Source: the human T2T-CHM13v2.0 reference genome, Homo sapiens
Assembly: GCF_009914755.1 (NCBI RefSeq)
Contig: NC_060926.1
Reading direction: 5' to 3' (one strand)
DNA: 64,000 bases
Below, in pieces: positions 36,976 through 52,740 of the stretch (within the stretch, counting starts at the first letter, position 1; each line of letters begins with the position of its first letter). The notes below the pieces were generated by a model, which saw only the letters and a list, made by a program, of their open reading frames with translations, ran no database searches and was not told where the DNA came from. Position numbers and translations under genes: made by a program.

Positions 36976-39900
36976 CCTAAAAAAACTGAAGACTCATTTG
37001 TTTTTGTCATGAAAAGAAATAATAATTAGGAATAAGTGAAATGTCTGGAACTTTTTTTATAGAAACCAAATTTTGTTCACTTGGGGACTTTTCAAGGACA
37101 ATAGAGAGACACTCCTGTATATCACAGACCTTCAAATGCTGGAACAAGTTATTGAGAGTGGGTGAGAAATTATCATAATTATTCAAGTTTCTGCTGGTTG
37201 GTTTAGATAACCATCATCCCCTTCTTCCCTCAAGTCAAGGGAAAGATGTAAATAAACACTTTCTCTCACTCTCTGAAGGCCATGAGTCACTAAACCACAC
37301 AAATTAAATAACCCTTCCATGTTTTGAATGAATGGACTTAAAAACCATTGGAGAAGGCGTAAGTCTTTCCATAGGCAACTCCATCTGAGTGAATAAACTC
37401 AAAGAAGATGTCTGGCTAGTGAAGTCTTACTAGTGCAGATGGAACTTCACAGAAAGACCATAGAGTAGGGCTTAGTTAAAACGAGCTTGTTCATGCGTTG
37501 CAGATGGGTAGGCCATTGATTATACATAATGTTGTTCATGGTCTTTTTGAGATTGGTGAAATGGAAAGCAGTACAATTTCATGCACATTTTAATCATTTT
37601 TATTGAGTGTTGGCGTTTGCATTTTTCTGAACCACTGGGGGACAAGTCATGGTTTTCTTTTTATTCTTTTTCCTTCAGTCTTATGATTCAAACAATGCAT
37701 GTAGCCTGGTACCAAGTGATGCTTGTTTCAGAGCATTAGTACCTTAGAAGGAAAATGACATTGCCAAGTACTCTCTACCATATGCAAATACTTACAGTTA
37801 TTTAACATCAAAACTTGTATATGAGATTTGTTGCAAACCTGTACTAAGTGGCCTGGTGAATTTTCTGTCCTGCTGTTTGTTATGTCTGACTTCTATTTGG
37901 AGGTGATTTATATATGAGACAAGTCACTTTCTCACTACTATAATTCTAGACAAGTATCTAGCAAAATTATGCATTCCAGTAGACTTATTTTTTCTTTCCC
38001 ATGCTCTCTCTTATGACCATTTCCTACTTGGATGAGCATTTCTTGGGCCCTTACAATCAAGGATGCCTGTTGGTTTCCACACTATGCTGAGCTCTAAAAT
38101 TATACCTTTTATTCAAACCTGATTCTTTCAGTTTGATTATTTTTCCACTCTCATTAGAATAACAGGGTTCAGAGTCTGGATACCTCAAATCTTGCATGTT
38201 AGCAACCCCTATTTTATACATTAGGATATGCCTGCCTTTAATGATAGACTAGGGTTGACTGGTTCCTAGCCACTTGGGAACAATTCCTTGAAAACTTTGT
38301 GTTCAGTTCTTTGGTTTCTTTGCATGATTATAGAGTTACAGATTGCTTTAGGCATCATAGATTGGATTTTGAAGGGAGCGATTATGATGGGTAGGGAAAG
38401 ATCTCAGTATTCCTTAAAGGAGTCACTAAAGCATGTTGAGTGGGACAGTTCTTCACCTGTCAGACTGTTCTGCATATTCCAGAATGGTTAGTACCCCTAT
38501 CTGCTTCCCTGTCTTCTAAATGGTAGTTTCTACTTTTAGTTAACGACTCCCTCCAGAGGTGGTACTGTCTCAGGTCAGGGACCACTGACCTGATATCAAC
38601 ACTGCGCTAAAAACAAAACAAAGCAACCACCTCCAAACTGGCCAGTAAACATTTTTACTCTCTTGCAAAATCAGCACTGGCTGAAGCCACACTGATTGTG
38701 ACCTTTCTCTGTGGAACTTAGTTAAAACAAAAAAACCATTTGTCTGCAGTTTACCCAACCAATTTCCTTTGAAAATTCCCATAAACTCAAATTCCCATAA
38801 ACATTGACCAAAGGACAATAGAAGTAGTTAGCAATGCTTTCTTTTTGGTTTTGTAGTCTACACACATTCCCTAACTTCCTCTAGGCCTTGCCCAGAGATT
38901 CCCTTGCCAATTTTTGGCATCTTGCCCTGCTAGCCTTTCATATGGCTGCTTTCAAAGTGAATCCATAGATTTTCTAGGGTCATCTAAAGTCTCCCTTTGC
39001 AGGATTAATGCTGCCTTTCCTGATGAAAGAACTTCTTTTTCTATTCTCCTTTACTAACCAGCAACAATATCTTTCATCTAGATTTGCTATGTAACACTTC
39101 TTTGTTAGTTGAATAAGAAAAATGATTTATTTCACATAGCAAAAAAGATGTTGGCTGGCCATGGGATTTTACCACAATGTCATTATTGCCCTCCACTGTA
39201 ATAATCCAATTTCTTAGATTCTTACAAAATGTATTTTGTAAATGTTTTGGGAGATTGAAAAAAAAAGATTTTAACATTTAAGTTTCACAAAATAAAAAAA
39301 ATTCTTTTGAACAGCAAGAACCATTGATTAGAGCCTATATATTTTCTTTTGGTGACAAAAATGCTTACATATTCAATAGTTTTCATAGATTCCATTTTTT
39401 TGTAATCCATCTTCACCATCAAATCCACTAACCTGCATCCTAAGCATGTCTATACTTTAATTCAGGTCAGTTCGGGTCAGCTATATTGCACATCATTACT
39501 TCCTTTCTAGCTAATTAACATTTGATTTTTTGAAGTCAATTTATAATTGCAAAGAATGTTTGACTACACATACACACAGACAGAAATACACAGACACACA
39601 TCCAAAAACATAGTTATGTATATTTTACACATTTTTTTTTATCACTGTGAAGTGCTTCTCCTGGACCTGAGTTAATTTGAAAGAAATAGAACTTTCAGAG
39701 ATTTGAATATCACTTTTTCAATGGGATCAACATGAATTCTATAACCTCATATAAATTATTCTTAAACGCCCATTCTTATTTAATATATCTTATACATTCA
39801 AGGGCATCTCCATTGTTCTAGATCCCAAGATGGGTCACTTTGGTTTTACTTCTGCCCTCAATAACATGACATGACTGAATCATTGTGCCCATGAAATAAC

Positions 39901-40722
39901 TATGTCAATATCCTGGTACTACAGTAATTGAAAGAAGAAAACCTTAAAAAATATATAGAGCTCCCTTTGAGCTATGTGTTCACTCTAGGGGGAATAAGAA
40001 ATATTCTGATATGTGATGCTTTATAGAAAATTGATTTCATTAAAAAACAATTGTATATATTATAATTTAAAGAAACGCTAATTGGTTAGTATCTGAACCC
40101 TCAATTTTTTTCACATTAATTAGATTCTATAATCATTTACAGAGGATGTACTTTAAATAGTTTTCAACTCCCAGACCACCAAATTTTGTACAGTCATTAT
40201 ATTTGCATCAGTTTCTGCTATTTTTTTCAATAATTATTTTTTGTGATTACCTCCTCCTTTAGGGAGGTGATTAAGCATCATATTAAGTAGTGTGGCTTCT
40301 TGGCTTTGGCTATCTGGACTTGGAACTGTATCTCCATCATCTCAAGGCTTATTTCACCTCTCTGTGGCTTACAGTAAGTATCCATCAGTAGGCGAATATT
40401 TCATAGTATCTTCCCCACAAAGAGAGTTGTAGCATAGTCCAGCTTGTGGCTTCCAAATGTGGATAGAAAACTTAAAACGGGCAACCAATAGAGAATGGGT
40501 GTTTTTATCTGTTAATCACACAGTTAGGTGAAACTGTTTAATGTATTGTTCAACTTGCATCAAACCTACTAAAATTGTTGTATTTAGAAATAAAATGTTT
40601 GCAAGATGAGCCGTTTTTCAAGTAACTGCAGATTTGTATGGGCTTCCGTAATTTTTTCGTTTTCCATGTTAGCATTTGGAATGATGGGTCAAGCCTCTAT
40701 AGAAACTGTGAGATAAAATGGT

Positions 40723-40727
<5 letters not shown>

Positions 40728-40756
<29 letters not shown>
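40728..40756. repeat. (AG)14 microsatellite
   Basis: Seen directly. Confidence 0.95.
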
Positions 40757-40759
<3 letters not shown>

Positions 40760-41236
40760 ACTTCTCAATTTTTTTTCTCCTAAAGTTTCTTGCATCTCAG
40801 ATAACACAGCACTTTTGTAGATCTTAGAGACTTACTTTCTTTTTTTATTGCCTATGCAGTTCCCTGGAATGAGCTTACCAAGTAAACTCTTAACTCTTAA
40901 CTTCCTTTACAACACACCCAGAGTCACCTTATTCATGAAGACTTTCATGACTTTGCCAGGTAGACCTGGAGTTTTTTTTTCCTTTGTCCCTCTTTACCCA
41001 CTGTGTGTACGTCCATTGTAGGAATAGTCCTAAGTCTTGATGGTTTGCATATCTTTGCCTTCACAAATAATTGATCACCTGGAAGACAGAGATATTTACT
41101 CCGACAAATGATGTAACTTGCAGCATAATTGGCTGTGAACACTGGGGAATCAGGGACACAAATAATTTTAGACTAAAATAAATCTTGAAATGTTTTTCTG
41201 TTAAAATTTCTCACTTCACAGATGAGGAAAACGGAG

Positions 41237-41400
41237 GACCACCAAAGTTCAGTTTCCATTCTGTAGACTTTATCTAGAATCATTTGAGGTAGCATTGGGT
41301 AGGCACCTTCTGGAATAGACCTCCAAAGTTCAACTTCCATTCTGTAGACTTGGTTGTATCTAGAATCATTTGAGACAGCATTGGGTAGGCTTCCAGAATG
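41237..41400. repeat. Two-copy tandem duplication, ~81-bp unit
   Basis: ccaaagttca..ttccattctgtagactt..tatctagaatcatttgag..agcattgggtaggc occurs twice, starting 81 bp apart. Confidence 0.9.
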
Positions 41401-42590
41401 CAACCTTATGTCAAGAAAGCAAAATGATAGGGCTAGGCTGCTTTATCCCAAAGCTTCTCAGAAAGGCTTATTTTGGCCTCAGTCCGATGTAGTCATGACT
41501 ACCTTTTTAAATAAGGTTCAAACAGTTTGTTCTTCCTCTTCTGCTGTTTTGATATTCTCTGGTTAGCATCTGTATTAGAAGAAAAATGGCGGTGGAGCAA
41601 AGGAAGGGCCCATTAAAGAGGCTGTAACAAGTATAAGACGACATTTTGAAAGCGAGGAGGATGGTTTGAATAGTATTGTAATGCAATTGGCAAGCCAGTG
41701 GAATTGTGTCTGAGGGCAGGGTGTAATTGTGCAGCTGTGAATGGCTAAAACGAAGGCAGTAATTTTCAGCACATGCTGTGATCTGGAGTGCTAGAACTAA
41801 GAGGAGACTTCAGGGAAGGAAATGATAGCATCTTAAACCAGAGCATTATTTCATTCTGATTGCATAATATAGACATGGTGGTTAAACTGTTATTGTGGGG
41901 AAATGGCTTATGCATATTTAGTGAGCTGCTTGTATTGAAATGAGTGGCTGTTACAATAACACAAATGCATGTGTGGTTTCCGAACAGTTAATAATTGTTT
42001 AATAAGCAATTCCTGGTAAACCTCCCTGAATCATTGTAAGTTGGATAGGGATGTATTATTCTGTCCCCCATTATTAGGGACAGAATAAGAAATAGCTGGT
42101 AATGAGGAAAACACTTTAAATATAAGGGGAACGTTAATGGGGTAAACTGCCAATTACCATCAGGAGAAATTTTCAAAGCTGACAGAAATGTACCATGTGG
42201 GAAAGAAAGTGAGAATAGCAGAGACAATATAATCCCGTGGATCCTTGGAGAATTCACTTCCTTTTATTTCCAAATATATTTTTGCAATATGTGTACAGTG
42301 AAGGCAAAGAGGAAAGCTACACTGTAGAGAGGGAGCCAGCATATTTTGGCCAAAGACCTGAATTCCTTTATAACATGAGCAATAAAGATAGCTTCTCTTG
42401 ATTTCAGAAATGTACACAGCAGGAATAAAAAGTGTGTGCTTCTCCCCAAGTTGGCCCTCCTGAGAGGATAACAAAATATTCAACAATTGAAATGCTGTAC
42501 AGCTTTGTGATAACCTGGTGTTATGGTCCTTCAGGTATCCCTGCATGTGTACTATTGATTATAATGCCTTTAAAAATAATTTATGAATTA

Positions 42591-42594
<4 letters not shown>

Positions 42595-42642
<48 letters not shown>
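42595..42642. repeat. (TA)24 microsatellite
   Basis: Seen directly, uninterrupted. Confidence 0.95.
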
Positions 42643-42648
<6 letters not shown>

Positions 42649-43543
42649 ATTTGATCACTGCTTTTGCATCCATGAGTGGGCAAAGCCTACTATGATTTGT
42701 CTACAATGAAATATTAAGCAACCCATTAAATATTTAATTCACCTGCTGAACTGCAACAGAATGGTTTAGAAATGTGAGACCTCCCTCTTCACTTACAGAG
42801 ACACTTACTATATAACCAAATGAATTATTAACACCATTATTTAGATCTTTATTATCACCTCATGATGGGTATGCTACGAAACATTTTGCCTACATCAGAG
42901 CTAATATCTAACAACAGAGTCAACATTATTATTTTTCAAAGAGTGAATCTAAGCTCATAAAAATTATAAGCCATGGTGTAGATCAAGGAAAAGATGCTTG
43001 CTCATAAAATCATTTGATAAACTACCTAGTAACATCCTTGATATTATAGATTCCTATTTCATGAATTTAGATATATTATGGATCAAGTCATATTTCCTGG
43101 AATATAAATACACCCACACACACACACATGCACATATATATAAGACTGTTTATTTGTTCTGTCCAAATTTTCAATAAGCAAACAGAAAATTAATGTAATG
43201 AACACTAAACATCATGAAAAGATGGAAGAAGTGAATGTACTACCAGAACCCCAATATAACTATTGTGATTGAATCTTAAATTTGATGCTGACCTTCCTGG
43301 CAGTCAAGTCCAGGAAGCATATTATGATTGGTTGCAAAATTCTTATTATCAGGAAAGAGGGAACATGTCAAATTTTAAAGCTAAATATCTGTCTGCACTA
43401 AAATTAATTTTTACGTGGAACTATGTGTAGAGGACATTAGGGATTATGAAAGTTAAATGTCTACTGTGGCTGTTTTGTAGAATATGCAGAGAAAATTTTT
43501 ACCTGGCAGTTTAATAGAGAATTTTTAAATTAGATTATATATT

Positions 43544-44061
43544 TGTATTAATCAAGGTTCTTCAGAAAAACAGAACCAATAGGTTATATATAGAGCAAGA
43601 CAGATATGTAAGAAGAGATTTATTATAGGAATTGGCTCACATGATTATGGAGCTGAGAAGTCTGACAATTTGCCATCTTCACGCTGAAGAACATGGAAAG
43701 CCAATGGTGAAATGCACTTCAAGTCCAAAGTCTGAGCATCAGTAGACAATGATTATGTAAGGCCCAGTCTGAGCTCAAACACCCAAGAACCAGGAGTGCC
43801 AGTGTGGGAGGGCAAGAGAAGATGGATGTCTCAGCTCAAGGTGTGAGGAAATTCACCCTTCCTCTGCCTTTTTGTTCTATCGAGGCCCTCAATGGACTGG
43901 ACGAGGCCCAGTGACAATGGTGAAGCCCATCTACTTTACTTAGTTCATCAATTCAAATGGTAATGTCTCTTGGAAACACCATCACAGATACACCCAGAAA
44001 TAATGTCTTACCAGGTATCTGGCATCTCTTAGTCCAGTCAAGTTGACATATAAAATTCACA
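43544..44061 (-). mobile_element. MLT2B-type ERVL solo LTR
   Basis: tgtattaatcaaggttcttcagaaaaacagaaccaatagg...ggaattggctcacatgattatgga...ccagtcaagttgacatataaaatt. Confidence 0.88.
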
Positions 44062-44109
44062 TGAAAATACTCCTGTACAAAGCTGGATATGATATGGCCT
44101 CTGAAGGTA

Positions 44110-44290
44110 ATGTGGTGCATTGGAAAGTGCATGCTCTGTGAATACTGCCTTGGTCATGTATAGCTGTGTGATCTTCAGCAATGTAATTACCTTTCTATGT
44201 TCAGCTTCCTCATGTGCAAAGATCTTCCGTATATAATTATTTGTGAAGGTATAATGAATTAATGTGTCTATATAGAGGTTGAAACTTAAT
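44110..44290 (+). mobile_element. MIR SINE
   Basis: tagctgtgtgatcttcagcaa...ttcagcttcctcatgtgcaaa. Confidence 0.5.
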
Positions 44291-44347
44291 GTTGGTTTGT
44301 GGCTTCATTCTTTAGCACCAATGCATTAAGTGAATGTACTGGAACTC

Positions 44348-44361
44348 ACATACACACACAC

Positions 44362-44404
<43 letters not shown>
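44348..44404. repeat. Interrupted (CA)n microsatellite
   Basis: Seen directly. Confidence 0.9.
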
Positions 44405-44408
<4 letters not shown>

Positions 44409-45519
44409 ACCCTTGTGTGTTTTACATTTGAGGTTTATTCTTAAAGATGTTAATGCTGGAGAAAACAGAGTGATTTCTTTATTAAATTTAAGGCCATAAA
44501 GACCAATATGAATATCAAAGTTTAGCTTGGGGTGTTTCCATAATATTATGGTGTTTTGTAAGGTAGTCAGCTGGAGTGTTTGGATCCTGTGAATTGTTTG
44601 AGAGCTTTAGGTTGTATTGGTTGTTTTGAAGAGGAGAGTATGGATCCTCCTTCCTACAGATAACCTGGACCTCCTCAGATATTTGCATTTCTTTTCTTGA
44701 AGTTACTTTTTCCATTTGGGTACTTCAAAAATCTCCTTAAGTAAAAAAGCTTGCTTAATTATTAAGGATGAGGTGTCATGCTGCTGCCAGAGAGTGATAA
44801 ATGCAACTTTCTTCAGGCCTTGGAGTCAGGGCCAGCAGGTCAGCCCATTCTATATTCATTTTTTATTCTAGGGAAATGGTGTCCCTACAGTCATTCAGTG
44901 GAAATGATCTTGGAGTTGGGCAACACAGGTCCCTTTCTGGGGTGATGGCGAAACAAATTTAAGTTAGAATTGAATGATGTTCACATAGCAGGCTGTTATA
45001 CTGAGCTAAAAACCTTCAAAGACCCAGGGCATAGCTGCTCTTTCTTTCTTCACCCTAGAAAAAATGCTGAAAGTATAAGTGATTCCATACAGTTCTTATT
45101 TTTATTGCAGAACCATATAGACTGCATCTTCAGGCTCCTTTACCTATTTGCTTCTGACTGGGTTTGGTCAGGAATTGATGAATTAACAGGCATTCTCTCT
45201 TTTCAGCCCCCTTCAACCGATAAAACTTCTGTTGGAGTAGCCACCTGTGTTTGCGGCAGTTAGATAAATTAGTGTCCACAGTTCAATCTGTCTGTGTTCA
45301 TGTGAATTAGAACTAGAGGGAAATATATAGCACAATTAAACAGCATTTTTGCATCCCCACCAATAGGAGGGGAGAGATGATCTGTTTCATGAATCTAAAT
45401 GGATACAGCCTAAAATTCCAAAGTGGTGGCCATGAGAATGGACCTTCTAAGCCCAGCACAGTGAGAGTCAGTGTTAGCTATGTGTAGGTGGGACAGCTAG
45501 CCATTTTCTCTTGTGTGTT

Positions 45520-45980
45520 GAAGAGCTGTTGTTTGCCCATCCAGTTCGGTTCTCTCTCCCCTCTCATTTATCCCGCTGTGAGCTCCAGGAAGCAGAACCG
45601 TATTGGCTGCATCTTCAGGCTCCTTTGCCCATTGGCTGCTGATCTGCTGATTGGGTTTGGCTAGTAGGGGAGGGGCTGGGAGAAAAGTAAAAGTTGGAGC
45701 CTTTAATTCCCATGGTTTTGTCCTTGCAGAGTCTGTAGCTCCTCTTGTCTTTCCTCACCTTGTTCATTTTCTCAGCTTCCAGCAACTGCTCTGTCCTCTG
45801 GTCCCTTCAGGTTAGGGGGTAGTAACAGCTCTCCTGTTGCTAGCTCAAGGGTGCTGCACTATTCCTTGTGGCTTCTCCACTTCCAGCCAACACCTTTGTA
45901 AGTAAAACCTTTAATGAACTCTCTTCATATTACCTATTTAGAATATGCCATGTGTTTCTGCAGGGACCTTACACTGCTGT
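45520..45980 (+). mobile_element. LTR33-like ERVL LTR
   Basis: ggctgcatc...ggctcctttgcc...ttgggtttggc...ccttcaggttagggggtagtaacagct...cacctttgtaagta...aactctcttca. Confidence 0.7.
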
Positions 45981-46217
45981 TGTCACTCAGTGCTGGTGCC
46001 CACTTAGAGGGTGGGAGTCCCTCAGGGAAATTCAGGCTGCTAATAAATGAGTCCAAATATAACTTGGCCACAGCATTGCCAAAGTTGACTCTTGTTCTCT
46101 TGGAGATCACAGTGCCAAGGCTACTACTTTTTCAGGATTGTGGATAAAATTTTTTTATCTTTTTCAGCCCATGACATTTTAGACATTTTAGGAATTATAT
46201 CCTGGGATTCAGAAAGG

Positions 46218-46443
46218 CGTATTGGACAGTGCGGGCTCTGGAGTCAGCAAACACAGGTTTGAATTCCACCTTCCCAACTCCTAGCTGCATGGCCCCAGGC
46301 CCTTTATATAATCTATATTTCTCTGTCTGTAAAATGTGAGAAAAACACTCAGCTCCTCAGGCTGTTCTGAGAGTAAGTATGATAATCCATGAAATCTATC
46401 AAGAAGAGTATGTGTACATTTAGGATACTTAATAAATGATAAT
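46218..46443 (+). mobile_element. MIR SINE
   Basis: gggctctggagtcag...ggtttgaattcc...tctgtaaaatg...ttaataaatg. Confidence 0.7.
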
Positions 46444-46499
46444 GGGATATGACACAACTTAGCAAGAAGAGTGAAAAACATATTATATTCAGCCATGTT

Positions 46500-48660
<2,161 letters not shown>

Positions 48661-48939
48661 ATTCCTTTCATCCTTAGGAATATCTAAATTTAAACACATG
48701 TAATTTTTAGGTTTAAACTATTCTGTATCTTCTGGCCACAGTTAAAGCTACCTGAGGTCGTCTGGTCTTTTACAGATCTGTCCCCTTATGCTGGAGTTTT
48801 GCCAGGTTACTTGCCAATTATGGCTAATTTTCTTTTAGGAGTCAGAAGTGCCTAAGTTATCTTTTTAAGGTCTATAAAAACCTTGCACAAGTTTGGATAC
48901 TTGCTTAAGCCACTGTTTATTAGAAGCACTAGTTTCAGT

Positions 48940-49800
48940 TACTCACTTGTTCATCAAATAGTTATTGAATACCTTCTATGTGCTGGGCCTTGGGGATCAA
49001 GCAGTGAAATAAATAAATGACAAAGTCCTTGCAGTTATAGAGCTTTTATTTGTAAGGGAGAGGAATTTTTCATATAAACATATAATATAATGTAATGAAC
49101 TTTATAAAGTAATGATAAATGTCATGATCAAATCAAGGCAGGGTCTAGGAATCTGGAGAACACGAGTTGGCAGGGGAGAGTAGGGGTCGTCAGGGCCCCC
49201 TTAGAAGACAGTGAGCAGGAATCTGGAAGTGGTGAAGGGATGAGCCAGTCAGATGTCCTAAGGGATGAACATTAGGGGCAAAGAGAAGACTCAGAGCAGA
49301 TGCCTGAAAGCACAATGCTTGCCACATTTGAGGAGGAGTGAGGAGCCCAGAGGCTAGAGCTAAGTGAAGATGGTAGGACATGGGGTTGTAGACAGGATAG
49401 GAGCTTGGTCTTGTTGAAGTTGGTAGACTTCAACCAAATTTAATGTGCCATGACATCACCTTGGAATCTTATTACAACGTAGACTCTGATTCATTAGGTC
49501 TGGGCAGGACCTGAGACCCTGCCTTTCTAATAATTTTCTGGGTGATAGTTCCACTGCTGGTCCATGGATCACAGAGGAACAGCAAAGTTAGACACTCTGG
49601 CCGGTTTTTATTCTGAATGAGACTAAAAGTCTTACGAGGATTCTTAGCTTGGGAATGGCATGATTTGTCTTAAAATTTTTAAGGCTCTTGCATAGAGAAT
49701 TCTCTGTGGAAGCAAGGGGGAAAGCACAGAGACCAGCTTGGTGCCTACTGCTGCAGTCTGGGTGAAAGATTCTGGAGCTTGGACTTGGGTGGTGGAGATG
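48940..49800 (-). mobile_element. L2 fragment with a MER5-type hAT insertion at ~49428-49588
   Basis: ttcatcaaatagttattgaatacc...tgtgctggg (L2 tail); tagactctgattcattaggtctgggcagg..ctgagaccctgcctttctaa...ctgctggtccatgga (MER5). Confidence 0.7.
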
Positions 49801-49817
49801 ACAATAATGAAAAAAGT

Positions 49818-50037
49818 GCCAGCCAACACCATTGCATAGTTTGTGCACTGCCCAAGGTACTCACAGAATAGGCATGATGGGCTGGCAATCTAGCCACCTA
49901 CCACTTGCTAAGCCATTCATTTTGTGATTCATCAGCCCAGAGCAGGCAGCACCCTTTTTGCAGTTCCTACTCTCAAAAGGTAAGGGGTGCCTTTTTATAA
50001 TTCATGTAAAGGTAGGGGGTATGCTGGCTGTGCTCTG
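49818..50037 (+). mobile_element. MER91A-like hAT-Tip100 relic
   Basis: ttgtgcactgcccaagg...aatctagcc...ctaagcc...aaggggtgcctttttataattc..aaagg. Confidence 0.5.
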
Positions 50038-52494
50038 GGTGAGAAGTGGTAGGAGACTCCGGGTAGTTAACGCATAGAGAAGGCAAGTGTGACAAAAACC
50101 TTTCCCTTTCAGTTTTCACTTGTGCTGTCACGTGCTGCTGCCTGAGTTCATGGCCCATGAAAGCTTTTCCTGGAAAGTAGTGCAGCCACAGAGGAGCTAA
50201 GCTGAACTTTGCATTTTCCAGAGAGTAGTCTTTCAAAGAAATTGCTTTTGCCAGAGGAGATGGAAAACAGACCTAGGTCATTTGTTTTAGGCTCCTCTCC
50301 ATGAGCAGATAGAAGTGAAACTTCCTTTAAAATGTCTCTATACGACTATAAAAGTGGTCACTAAGTGTAAAAAGAGAGTCATAGCTCTCTATGCCAGTCC
50401 CCAAACTGCATCTGGTAGTTCATCTCCCTCTCCCCACTGCAGTCTGAAGATAATGTCTTGTCCAAAAAGTGAAACTATAAAAGATACATCATACATTCTG
50501 CAGTGCTGAAATGGTGTGCTTTCTCTGAGAAAGTCTTAATCAAGCTGGTTGTTGGATGGTGCCAATGATGGGTTTCTTTACCGAAGGTTGATTCACTCTC
50601 ATGGGTTTTCTGCTAGTGCAATGGGCTCTGCACATGAAAGTTCAGGTGTTACATCCTTAGTCGTTATATAGTATAATTAGTTTGTATGCTCTTTTTACTT
50701 CATGTCAACATAGTCTGCTCCCTGAAGGCATGCTTCTTGTGGACCTGGCATTGGCACAGTACCCAACTTGCTTGAAAGGTAAAGAAATAAAATGTGATGA
50801 CATTGTTGTAACCCTTGGGCCAGTGGTGCTCCTGGCATGGATTCTTTGAGTTCCTTCATAGGGGTATCATGCTTGACTTGTTCCCTTGCACTGAATGTGG
50901 GGTGGTAGATCCTGCTGAGAGCTGTGCTGCATTAACCAGCTCTCAACACACGGTTTTAAATACAAGTTGCGTGAATGGAACCCAACTTGACAGAAGTTGG
51001 CAACAAAGGGAGCCCTTGATGGCGGAGAGTCCTGGAAAGTCTCATTCACAACTCAGGTCCCCTGAGAAGGATTAATACAGGCTCTACACAGGAATGGGCC
51101 CTCTAGTGTCCTCTTCCACTGCGTTCCCCACTGCTGAATCTCCCAGATCTGGCCTGGACTCCGGGATTTCCCCCTTCTGGACTAGATGCCTATCCTGTTT
51201 GTAGTCAAGACTTTGAATTTTATTTTATTTTTACAAACTCACTAGATAGATGTAGGGAGTAGCATTTTTCTCATTTTTCAACCCTCAGGCCTTAGAATAA
51301 ATTCACAGCACATGGGAGGTAAGTAATTGTCATGTGAAATAGTAGAGAAATGAGGGTGAGGACTCATGCCCTTCTTGCTTTGATGCTCTGCCCTCCACCT
51401 TCTTGGGATGGTTTATTATCAAGATCAGAGACCATGGGTTACTTCTTTAGATTAAATAAATTAATTCCATAGTGTATAATAATTATTTATTTATCATGAA
51501 AATTTCTTTTCCTCAGCTCTCCTTTGGCCCAGTAGCTTATCATTATGATTAATACATTTTATTTTGGAAAAAGCATGATGGTCATACACTAGGATTGGTC
51601 TTGGGAAAAACATTTCAGTAGTTGAACCTAGACTTTAGATATAATTTGCTTGATCTGAACAGTGTTTAAAATCTTTTTGAATTATTTTCCATTATTTCAC
51701 CGTCGGGAAATTTTACACAAGACGTATGATTTCTGGGTTCTGCTGAAATGTTTCTACATGGCAGCACAGGGGCCTCTTTTGCACATGTTGACTATCAGCA
51801 TGTGCTCAGTCATGGTTGTCCTCTTTGGAAGGGTGTCGGCTCTTCAAATTCCCACCATCCTCCATACTCATTGATGTTACCTACCTGATCTCAGTAGGTA
51901 TTGGATTTTGGGTTCTGTGATCTGAAGAACAAATTCCTCTAAGACTATGCTTTGCAGTCAAGAGTTTAGTTCCAATTCCAGTCTAAACTAACATAAAATG
52001 AATTATTAAGTGCAATAGACAGCAAATTACTTGATTAGAGCAATATTTCTCAAACTTCTTAGGATCTTGTGAATTATGTTTAAGTGATTAATTCATTCTA
52101 AATAATGTACAGCTTTGTTTTTAAAATATCAATAATTTGAAAACTCATTCTGGTTGCTGGATCACACTCTGAACACACTTAGTGATTTCTGCCTAGAAAT
52201 GGTGATTGTATTTTTCTTGTTTAATTGGCCAACACCTTACCATGTTGTTTGCATAGTAATTGTCATGAAAAATTTTAATGGCATAGCCACTGAATTATCT
52301 AGAAAGAATATAAAAAATTCACAGTACTTTAGTTGACCTGAAGCTTGCTAATTGACAATAAGATATTGTATTTGGTTCTTTGTAATATAAAAGCACATTT
52401 TTATTCTCTAGCTTACATGATTCTGATAAGACTGTAGTGAGGTAGTTGTAAGCTAAAATTCAGAAGCTGAGCAAAATAGTTGTAAAATAGTAAT

Positions 52495-52740
52495 AATAAG
52501 AACTACTATTTATTGAGAAGTCTGTGTGTGCCATCACCATGCTAAATACTTTATATACAATGTCCTATTTACTCATCAAAGCAATTCACAGAAGTAGGCA
52601 TCACAGTATGTTCATTTCCTAGATGAAGAGACTGAAGTTGAGAAACTTTAAGCAATTTGCAGTAGGTCACACACAAGTAGACAGCAGAGCAGAATTCGGC
52701 CTCAGGCTTGCCTCACTTTGTTGTCACCACTATGAACACT
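52495..52740 (-). mobile_element. MIR SINE
   Basis: tatttattgag...gtgcca...gctaaatactttata...agatgaagagactgaagttgaga...ggtcacaca...cagagcagaattc. Confidence 0.7.

Noticed and set aside
40245-40272. 11-bp hairpin gattacctcct...gggaggtgatt
   Set aside because: Short, relies on G-U pairs, within chance expectation
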